Source: Adineta vaga
Lineage: Eukaryota > Animalia > Rotifera
Reading direction: 5' to 3'
DNA: 64,000 bases
Assembly (NCBI GenBank): GCA_021613535.1
Contig: CP075495.1
Location: 1,550,001 to 1,614,000, forward strand
Position numbers and translations under genes: made by a program. Shown piece by piece: positions 13,698 to 24,421 of the stretch. The notes below the pieces were generated by a model, which was given only the letters and a program-made list of their open reading frames with translations, was not told where the DNA came from and ran no database searches. Position 1 is the first letter of the stretch, and each line of letters begins with the position of its first letter.

Positions 13698-14201
13698 ATT
13701 GATTGAATTGAAAATAAATGCAAGAAAGAAAAAACCATGTTGTTAAATCAAAGTAGAGAGGTCATTGGCAACGAGCATTTTCTAAAAATTTCTTTTGAAA
13801 TATTATATCTGTCGATTCTATTTTTAACGATCATTCTATTCTTCAATTATTTATATTTTATTCGATTAATAATCCAGATGTCGCTAAAATTTGACATGCT
13901 ATCTTTCGCTGGATATTATCAATGAAGAGAAAAACCGGTTTTATTATGCAATTAATTCTAACTTTTAATCTTCTAATTTGAAGAAAGAAAAGAAATTCAT
14001 CTTCAATCATAAATAACATGTCCATGATTTCGAGTGATTTATTTATCATTGAATACTTGAAACGAAGAAAGAAAGAAAGAATAAAATAATACATCATAGT
14101 TGTTCAACAACGTTGATGCCTTTCTCTTTATATACTACTATACAACTAATTGTAATGATGTGATGTGACTAACAGAAAAGAACAAAGAACGATGGCTGAT
14201 T

Positions 14202-14215
14202 GTCGTCTCGGTAAC
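14202..14215. promoter_or_regulatory. RFX X-box-like site GTCGTCTCGGTAAC in the bidirectional promoter of the C6orf118-like gene and CEP57
   Basis: Near match to the RTHNYY-WT-RRNRAC consensus, 180 bp upstream of the CEP57 ATG. A second GGCAAC half-site lies at 13767-13772. Confidence 0.5.
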
Positions 14216-14395
14216 ACTCTTCGTTCTTGTGTCGCACTGGAAGAAAAAAAAGTAAAAGGAAAGAAAGGTGGTTGCGATGTTGTGTCTCACTCCACATTAA
14301 GAATCGTATATGTGGTTAAAAAAAGGGAATAAAACAAGAATTATACTCTTTTTTTTTCCCCTTACTTCTTCATTAACACCATCAAAAATATAGTC

Positions 14396-15646
14396 ATGTG
14401 GGAATCAGCAAATACAACAGCGACAAATATGAATGGTTATAATTCTCAAATATCATTCTATGAATATCCATCGGAAAAACCATTTATTAATTCAATCTAT
14501 CAACCTTTACGATCATCACATACACAATCAAAAACAGTGGCATTGCCTGAATCTAATCGAGATCAATTGTTAACAGCGTTACAATCTTTGACATTGAGAA
14601 TAAAAACGCTTGAAAATCAACGAGAGGTTCGTAGAATAACAAAAAAAACTTGATAGAAACTTATTCACACACAGCTCTCAGACAGAAACAAAACATACAA
14701 TAGTAGTATTTGACTTTATTTAGACAGCTGAATCGAATCTTCGTCAAATTACGAATGATCTTCATCGTTCTCGAACTGTTCATAAACATCCTCAATCTTC
14801 ACCAGACAAAATCGAACGAAATGATATTCGAACTCCCAAATCTCGTGTAGGAAGTCGTCGAAAAAAACGATCATCTCAAGAAAATCATAGTTGTGAGCGA
14901 ACATCCACAGATGGACGACATTTTCATTTGAATATGAATACAGTACCATTTATTCTCGGAGCATCAACAGCGCCAAGTCACAATGTTAAATCGAATGTAC
15001 AAAATGTAAAAGAAAGAAAAAAAAACGTTTTCACATGAAAATTCAAATGAATAACATTGATTTTATATCTTAGGTTATTGCTCTATTGAAAAATCACAAT
15101 CATCAATTATGTCTCTCGTCAAAAGAATATGCTGATCTTCATCATACGAATGTTAAAAGTGATTTATCTCCACATACAGTTCTCTATCTTGATCATTATA
15201 ATAAATCATCAAGAAGACGTCCTTCATCAGCATCACCAATGCGTTCGATTTGTCGTTCAAAGACAACGTCACCAAGAGGACGTCCACAAACATCAACATT
15301 GTCTGAAAAACAATGCTATTCACGTATAAAACGTCTACGTCAAGAATTTGCAATACTTGCACGTGAACATACAAACTTAAGTACATCTCGAAGCAATTCA
15401 AGAGAATTAGAAATACTTAATCGACGAATGGAATTGATACTCGATGAATTAGAACGTTTACAACAACAATTACAACTATTCTTAAGAAAATCTTCAACAC
15501 GTGATCCTTTTCAATCCGAGAAAACTGAAACACCATTAGAAACATTAAGAAAAACGAAATTATTACAAACTATTCTCAAAGATCCATCCAATAGTCAATA
15601 TAATCGAGGACGTTCACGTCGAATTCGCCCCAAGTCAAATGATTGA
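14396..15646 (+). CDS. CEP57: Centrosomal protein CEP57 (translokin) homolog, ~360 aa
   Basis: Exons 14396-14626, 14724-15005 and 15074-15646. Motifs PESNRDQLLTALQSLTLRIKTLENQRE and FHLNMNTVPFILGASTAPSHNVKSNVQNVIALLK match CEP57; C-terminal microtubule-binding coil. Confidence 0.8.
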
Positions 15647-16043
15647 ATCAAAACTTTTCATTCTTTGTGAAATTATTTTGTATTTTGCAGATAGAATAGT
15701 ATCCTGCTTTTTTTTGCCTTCAATATACATATTGTTTTCTTTTCTATGCATTACATACTTCAACAAAAAACAGATCGTTCACAGTTTTATACGTCTATAC
15801 AAACAAGAGTAAGATTGTTATTATAATAACAAACTCATATATACAAATAACATTAGAGAAAGTAACACTTCAGACTCAATTTTGTCAGTTCAACATGTTT
15901 GATATTCTTCTCGATATTTTATTACTTCTTATAGATTTTTCAAAGTTATCAATCGGAAGCAAAATGATGATCTTTAATATGGTTTTAGATTAATTTATTT
16001 TTGATTAAACTATTTTGCTTTTTAAATGAAAGACAGATTTTAA

Positions 16044-16763
16044 TTACTGTTTATTTTCTTCACTAAGTTGTTTCACTGCTTCAACTAATTCCGGATTATC
16101 ATCAGCTGGTCGACGCATATGAAAGAGATGATTTACTTCAGCATAATCACTTAAATAACCACATCGACCAATGGGACAAGCAGCAGCTGTATCAAAAAGT
16201 CCTTCAGGTGTAATAAATTTTCGTTGAATATGTACACCAATAACTTGGCCCAATACTAGATAACTCTTAGTAGGATTACCATCCATATCGTGTAGATGAG
16301 TTACCGACAAAAGTCGACATTCGAAAGAAGCTGGTCTGAAAATTGAAATAATGTATTCTAGAAAAAGAAAAGCAATAACTTACGAATCTCGAACTCGTGG
16401 TGCTTTCACAAGCCGACATGGTGCTGGTTCTAGTCCTGCTAGTTGCATTTCATTGATTCCATAGGGTGCGACAAAAGATGTAATATTCACTTTTTCTGCC
16501 AATTCTCGCGTTGCTAAATTAAATACGAATTCTTTTGTTTTTTCCACGTTCGTCACACTATCTTTATAACCATAGGATGAAAATCCGACAATATGTGGAT
16601 TTTCTCCTAAGGCATTGAAAAATGAGTATGGAGCAAGATTGACATGGCCATCAGGAGATTGTGTTGATATCCAACCAATAGGACGTGGTGCTACAATGGC
16701 TTTAAAAGGATCATGTGAAAGACCATGACCAGATTTCATTTCATAGAAATGTACGTCACTCAT
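16044..16763 (-). CDS. Flavin reductase-like FMN-binding protein (DIM6/NTAB family), bacterial-type, one intron
   Basis: HFYE..SGHGLSHDPFKAIVAPRPIGWIST...NLAPYSFFNA...KDSVTNVEKTKEFVFN...VKAPRVRDSPASFECR; 48-nt intron at 16336-16383. Confidence 0.9.
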
Positions 16764-18248
16764 ATCGACTACAATCGACGAATACAAAGTTTATGTGACG
16801 ATAAAGTGTAACAAGTACTTATTGACGTCGTTGAAACGAAAAAAGAAAGAACGAATGAAGAATGAAAAGAAAAGAGAAAAAAAACGATCCTATTCATATT
16901 GGTTATTGTTATATCTATCGAGGTATACAAAGAAAAATAAATACTTTTGAAAAATCTATACAATAGCGCTTTGTTTTATCGAGCTAGGTAAATAAAATGT
17001 AATTTCTTCAATTTTGTAAATGTACATGTCACATAATTTGTAATTATATAAACGTTGTAGAATCATAATCAATATTACGAGTCCATCACGTGTTTATATT
17101 CGAATACTTGTTTTACATCATTTTCTACATATAAATGATTGCATCATAGATGATGATTCAATATGTTTGTCTTTGAAAGAATACATCGGAACAGATTCAT
17201 TTTGTTACTTTATCATTTCTTGTTGATAAAGTACATTTTAGACATGACACTCAATTGAAGAGAAGCTATATCCTGTAATCTTACTTTTAGATCAGCATCT
17301 CTATTAGCCTCATTTTTCTTGCTTCATCTAGACGAATATTATTCAATATCACTTGATCGTAATTCTGAAACCAGCGTTTCCCTCATATGTTCAACGAAGT
17401 AAATCTTAAGAAAATTTATCTTTTTTAATTCAATAATTTTAACCTTTCTTTTTTCTTTCTCAAAGGCCGCTCTGTACATATCGACTAACAGTGAAACCAT
17501 GGTTTTTATTTTTGCGAACACTATCCCTCTAATTATTTTTAATTCTACGTTTATTTTCATTGTATAGAATATTGACCAACCTTTTGTATGTTTTCAATTC
17601 GATAAAATATAAACAACAATCACTTACTGATGTTAAAGACGATTCAACTACATCAATCTATGTACATGAGTAGAAGATGATTCCAGAATATTGTTAAGTA
17701 TTACAATAGTCTACTGTTGGCATGTTGCTTGTATTTGGAAAAGCTTTTCAAGAGAATAAGTGTTTCTAGAAAGTTATTCTTATTGAATTCTTTAGCAATA
17801 TGTTCACAACCGCATCGACGCGAATATACTTTATTGATAAATTGATCTTATAGCTCGTAACGAGTGAGGGTAGGAATTCAATTGGAGCTACTCTCACTTT
17901 TTGATCAAGTTGGACATTGATTTATAATGATTCTAAAGTTCAATTCATTTCTATTTGATAACAATTTTATCTAAATATCCTATCTTTTATCAGAATACGA
18001 TAAAGAGAAATAGTAATATTTCGATTAAACTTAACTCTTTTGTTCTTATTTAAAACATTCCAATAATTAATATTTCACGAATTGAACTTTATGAAATTCG
18101 ATAATCCTCTTCTTTCAAATAATAATACACACTCTCGATCGAAAAGATTCGATACAAACTCATTGCATTCACACTTTTTAAGAAAGAAAATAGGTTTTAA
18201 TGAAACACTTAAAACATCTTTTTTATCATCATCATTATATATTTAATT

Positions 18249-18922
18249 TTACACATTCGAACTACCGATTTGTTCAACTGTTGCCGTTATTGGTGGAGAT
18301 ATTGCTAATTGATGTACTGATGGAGATGTTGCGGTCGCTATTTCATAGGGTGGAGGCGGTGCTTCATATAGACTAGGATGTGTTTGTACTAGTGGAGCAG
18401 TTCTGACACAAGATACAGGTCGAACATGAATAACTCGTACTGGAGTACCTGCAAGATTATTTTGATAAGGAGTTGTCTGAAATCGTGTATGAGGATTAGC
18501 TATAGCAGCACGTAACTGTTGCTGTCGTTGATTGGATTGTATACAGCAGCTTAAACATGTAACACAAATAAAGATTGCAACGATAATAATAACAGCAATA
18601 ACAGCTGGTGGAAGACTTGATGAATCCTCACACATACCATAAGAAGTTCCACATGTTTCATCATCTAATAACAAAAAAACAAGACGAACATTAGCATGTA
18701 TTTAAATCTCGCAAAGGTTTTACATACACGAACAACACCAACTATCAAAACCTTTGTAGCATGATCTTTCTAGATAAAAAATAAAATAAAATCTCAGATT
18801 TTATTATGTACTGTTTTTAAGAAATACATACGGGAATAGAGACAATCACTAAATACACCTGTTGTAGTGAAAATAAGCAGAATACTAATTAAAAGTACAT
18901 TGCTTTTTGTTATATTATACAT
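18249..18922 (-). CDS. Small single-pass membrane protein with Cys-rich ectodomain and PPxY tail (Shisa/WBP1/VOPP1-like architecture)
   Basis: Signal peptide MYNITKSNVLLISILLIFTTTGVFS; short Cys-rich exons; TM AVIAVIIIVAIFICVTCLSCC; APPPPY motif. Confidence 0.75.
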
Positions 18923-19737
18923 GACTATTTAGACGAAGGTCGTTTCTTTGCTTGGTTATTTCACTTAAAAAATGAATCTTATCGTCATATTTTATCTTAA
19001 CAACACGAAAAATGATGACTCGTTATAGAGAGATAAGAATTCCTCGTGGTCAGTCGAATGATATTTTTTGTAAACTTTTTTTTATTATCGATGGAATGTT
19101 TATTTAGAAGGTAAAAGAAATGAGTAATTTAAATGACATGTTTCCTCTATTACATAATCGTTGTCTTGTAGGTTACGAAATTCTTTTCCCTAATATACAC
19201 AAAATCATATATATCGAAAATTTCCATCACTTCAGAGGAAAAGTTATTTACTGTATCCATAATAGCATAGATACGGATAATTTATATAATAGAAATCATT
19301 TCTTGGAAGTAAATATGTATCGTAATTTATTGAAATTCACTTAGAAAAACGAAATCATTACATAATAGAATAATCAAATAGCAAAAGTAATAAAAACCAG
19401 TGCTGAAAACTGAGTCGACAGAGTGGAATGTACATACAAAACAAACAAACAAACATGCTGAAGTATTGGTCATTTTATCTGATGCTCAAATTTAGCTTGT
19501 TCTATGTATAAACAATAATAAAGACACACTTTCACACATATGTATATATAGAATGGCAAGCGCTAAAATAATAGAGATTCATTCAACGCAACAATAAAAA
19601 AAATGGAACAATTGCACAACAAATGGATACAAGAATATGAAAAAGTAAAATGGATAATGTGCATTAATGATTTTGAGAGAAATAAAAACAAAACGAGAGA
19701 AACTCGAAAGAGTTTAAGAGAATACTGGTAATATTGA

Positions 19738-22700
19738 TTAAACTTCCGTTGGTTCTTGATATACAAAGACGGTTGATGGTGCTGGTGCTGGTGGTTTCGA
19801 GGCTTGATGATACGATGGTGGAGCTTCATCATGATGCATTCCTGTCGGTTGATGAACAACAATTTTCTGAGGTGGTGGTGGAGTTGTTCCTCGTCGTGTA
19901 TGTTCAACTTGGTTGTGCTTTGATGATGATGTCGGTGGTGGTGCTGCCTATTGAAAATAAAATGAGTAAGGTTTAGTAATAAAACGATATATTAGAGAAG
20001 CAAAAAAATAATGTAAGCGGGATGAATATGTTTGTTTGTCAAATATGAGCAAGAGCAAAATGCATGGAACAATAAATAGTAAAACGAACACATATGACAC
20101 CAGTCGTTACAATCGATATGAATAACTTACCACACGAAACGTGGATCTCTTCGGAAGAAACTGAAAGAAAAAGATTGGATAAAAATTACTGATCATACAT
20201 GCAATATGTATGAGAACCTCTTTTTCAATCGTTAGATATTTAAGCGAGTAATATTTGTCAATGAAAACAATCGAAGAAATGCTAGTTCTATAATCTAATA
20301 AGATTTTATTTTCATACGTACAGCTGTATCTTCTGTTGCATGAGTTAATTGTTCCATTTCTTCATCGGATGAAACTTCCTTCGTTATTATTGGTCCTGTT
20401 CGTTTTTGTTGAGTTCTTAATTGTCCTGGATTATGATAATGATGATGTTGATAATCTTTCTTTCCTTCGAATGATTTTGGCGATGGTGTTCGTTGTTCAC
20501 GTTTTGGTACCTGTGGTGCAGGTAAGGGTGGAGGTTCTTGAGATCGTTTTTTAACAGGTAAGGATAGGGCTGGTTGTTGAGTTGATCGTAATGATTGAAC
20601 AGATTCTGTAAGTGATCTTCGTGAACCCATTGGTGTTGTTGTTCGAGAACGATTTGGTACTATAGGCATTGCATGAACACTAATTTCGATTTCATCAGCA
20701 TCATCTTGATCAGGTGAATAAGAACGTAGAGGAGGTGGTGGACGATTTCCGTTTAACGTTGATGCTTGTTGATAAGAGAATGCAAAAGGTACAGATTGTT
20801 GACGATATGATGAATGTGTACTCATCATTGGTGATGGACGAGTTGGAATTGGTGGAGGATGGCCATTACTGTTTTCAGCTGCATCAACTAAGTATGATGT
20901 TGACGAGGAATCACCGTTTACTATTTCACGTTTATATTTCTTTGTATGATCATTTGATATTTGAGCTCGTTGATTCCAAGCATTTCCTCCTGGTTTACTA
21001 AAAAATAGATCAAATACAATGGTACAAGAAAAACTTAGACAAGAAAATATGAACTTACTCAATAGGTATTTTTTCAACTAGAATAAAAACAAAAGAAAAT
21101 TTAGAACAAAAAGGAAGAATAAGAATGAAGATACATACCACTTGGTGTACGTTTGTCTGCACCATTTGCTTTACGACGTTTTAAAAAGATGATAACAGCA
21201 ATTACAATTGCAAGAAGAAGAAGAAGTAAAACACCACCAACACTTATTCCAATAATCATTGGAATTTTATAAGATTCTAAAAAAGTGAATCAAATTTTAT
21301 TCATCAATCATCAATAGAAATCAAATCTACTTACTTCCTTGAGTTCCACCTACACCTGAACCTCCTTTCAATCCATTGGATGAAGCTAAACAAAGAACAG
21401 AATATAGATAAAAATGAATAATAACGAAGTAGAAGAAACTTACGATGAACCATAATATTAAATTCTTGTTTAATTGTTTTGCCTCCAGATTGTGCTTGAC
21501 ATTGCATTGCATGCCGTCCAGGATCCTGATAGATTCGTTGTATTTGTCTTGTGTTACCAAATACATTTAAACCAGCTGTTGGAAGATTGGCCTGAGGTTG
21601 TAATGGATATTGTTGTTGACCATACGGCATTTGATGACCATAGTATGGCATCATATTTGTTGACATATTCGTCGGCATTTCATACCAAACATACGATGGA
21701 ACTGGATTGGCTTCTATCCGACATTCCAATGTAATCATTTTCAATACTTCACTTTCAAAACTAACAACTGGTAAGGCACCAGCTTCTAAATTTGGTCCAT
21801 CTATAATGAAGAAATCAATGAAAAATATTTGATGAAATGACATTCGTAAAAGAAACATACAATCAATGTTGATAGGAACTGTTTTGAAAAGATAAACATC
21901 GATATTATTATTTGATTCAACTTGACATTGAATTGTTGCATTATGATCAGCACGTGTTAATGGACGTCGAAGAATTATGGTTCGTGTAAAAACATGCTCA
22001 TTTAATGTATCGTTGTATATTTTCGTATTTGGTAATGATGATGTCAATGGTGTTCGTGTCGATAGAAATAAATCAAGTCGTGGAAGATTTTCTGTTCCAG
22101 ATAAACTAGATGATGGTCCGGATTGCGATGGTAATGATAGAGGTGCAAGAGCATTATTGTTTGATAATGGAGATGATTCAGATAGTTTAAATGTTGAACG
22201 AATAATTGAAACAGAACAAGATACAAGTGATGATCCATTATTATCTTCACTAACATGTGAATTATGGATTTGAAGAGAAGATACTAAAAATAAAGATAGA
22301 TAGATAGATAGATAGAAAAAGAAACTTCTATGAAAGAAATTACCATTAATTGCACTAAGAATATTCACAAAATTTTGCCATTTGTCATCAACAGCTGTAT
22401 AATAGCCAACTGTTGTATGATCAAGTGAAAGAATAGTTAAACGATTATTTTGTTCATCATAATTAAATTTTGATTTATTAGAAAAACCCACACCGATAAT
22501 ATATAATGAATAACCATTTAAACCTAAATAAGTAACTCTGATTGAAGGTGGTGCAACTTGAAAGGAAAATGGTTCCGATAGATTTCCAACTAAATAACGT
22601 TCACTTGGTCCAACAGGCGGGGAAAGACCTTGAGCAGCTGGATGATCTTGTGTCGGTTGTTGAAATTGATTAGCAAGGGGTGGTGGTTGTATACCTTGCG

Positions 22701-23163
22701 GCAATTGATTTGAAGAACCTTGCATATTTCCTTGATAATATTGCTGCTGCTGTTGTTGTTGTTGTTGTTGTTGTTGAGACATTTGATATAGTTGTTGTTC
22801 TTGTTGAGGCATTTGATACGATTGTTGATGATGTTGTATTGGTAACTGAGGTTGTTGTTGTTGCTGTTGTATTGGTAACTGAGGTTGCTGCTGCTGCTGC
22901 TGCTGCTGTTGTTGTTGTTGTTGTTGTTGTTGTTGCTGTTGCTGATGAACTGGAAGTTGCTGGAGTGTAAGCTGCGGTTGTTGCATTGGTTGTTGATACA
23001 TATCATTATTAACAGACGGACCATATTGACCGGGATGCTGATATGGCAACTGGCCCAATACAAGCCATGACAAAGTCACGATACAAACTAAATAACATGT
23101 ATGAAACGAAAAGTGTATTTCTTTGTGATTTAAACTCTTACCAAAAAATCTATTCACAGCCAT
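19738..23163 (-). CDS. Ig-superfamily type I membrane adhesion protein (nephrin/Kirre/CADM/Fas3-like architecture) with N-terminal polyQ and C-terminal PDZ-binding motif
   Basis: Spliced signal peptide MAVNRFFVCIVTLSWLVLG; C2-set motif TRADHNATIQCQV; ITLECRIEANPVPSYVW...MQCQA; TM IIGISVGGVLLLLLLAIVIAVIIF; Pro-rich tail ending QEPTEV*. Confidence 0.8.
22740..22943 (-). repeat. (CAA/CAG)n polyglutamine-coding repeats
   Basis: Runs of tgt/tgc triplets on the + strand encode Q runs of up to about 20 residues. Confidence 0.95.
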
Positions 23164-24421
23164 TAGATAACGATAAATCACAAATGTTTAGCCATAATGG
23201 ACGGACAAAGAAGGCTAACAACTTATATAAACAACAAATAAAAAAAAAGTGAATATCTAAAACAACGAGAAAATAATATCCAATTCAATATGAATCCATT
23301 CATTCGTAAATGATATTTTCTCAAGTGATATCGAATATCATGGACAATAGCGAGTTTGATTGGAAATGAAATCTAGAAGAAAAAATAAATACAGACTATT
23401 ATTTGATTTAAATCGATTCGTTCAAGTTGAGTAGAACAATAAAGAGTTTAAAACTACATTAAATAAATAAATTCTTACCAAATCATCTATTTATAATCAT
23501 TGTAAATCATTAAACATGAACGACATCGTCAAGGTTAACAATGTTTTTCTTTGAAAAGAAATCTAGAGAAAAAAGAAAATCATCTGTAAATGAGAATAAT
23601 GAAATCGTAAGTCCGTTCAAAATTTATTTGTTCATTAGTATTATTTTCTGGCCAAATAGAAAAAAAAAGAAAAAGAAAATGAAGAGGAAAAAAAATAATA
23701 ATAACAAACAACATCAACAAGAAATACGACAAGAAAGGTTTTGTGTATGTGTTACGATAAACATAGACAAAAAAGAAAGTGGCTTTTCACTGTTTTTCTC
23801 TTTTCGAATATATATCAATATATACATTTTTTTTTAAAAAACCGAGGGTCAAAGAAATATGAGAAATTGAATAGCTTTGTTGTTTTTCGAGAGAGAGAGA
23901 GAGAGAGAGAATGAAATTATAAGGATAAAGATGACTAGAAGATGAGAGAAAGTGACAAGAAGATAAATGAAGTAATAGATGAAAGAGTTTTGTTCAGAAA
24001 TTTTTCTATTACTGTTGTTGAGCATGAGTTGATGTCGTGGTTGGCTGCGGAGATTGAGAATTGGATCCACCACCATTTGGGATTAATAGTCGTCCGAGTT
24101 TTTTCGACGAATGAAGTGTCAATGTTGATTTATTCAAAGCATCATTTAATGCCATACGCCATTCATGAAATGAGACGATATCCTAGAAATGTTAGGATAA
24201 TTTTGACAAGTTTGTTTTTTTTTTGTTAAGAAGAAAATTTCAGAGAGAAGAGAAAAATGACAACAAAAGCAGCAACACAAAAAAAAAGAAGATTTTTCAG
24301 CGATCAAAATGATTAGAAACAAAAAAATGAAGAAAAAAGAAGACAACAAATCACTGTTTGACGAGAGTGAGAGAAAAAAAAGAGTTTATGTCAAAATTAT
24401 TCATTCAAAATAGAAGTTTTG

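Noticed and set aside
17339-17560. 73-aa ORF in the gap between the flavin reductase and the PPxY protein
   Set aside because: No motif, splice pattern or homology that I can support.
22590-23070. PolyN, polyV/A and polyL ORFs
   Set aside because: These are alternative frames or the antisense strand of the polyQ repeat.
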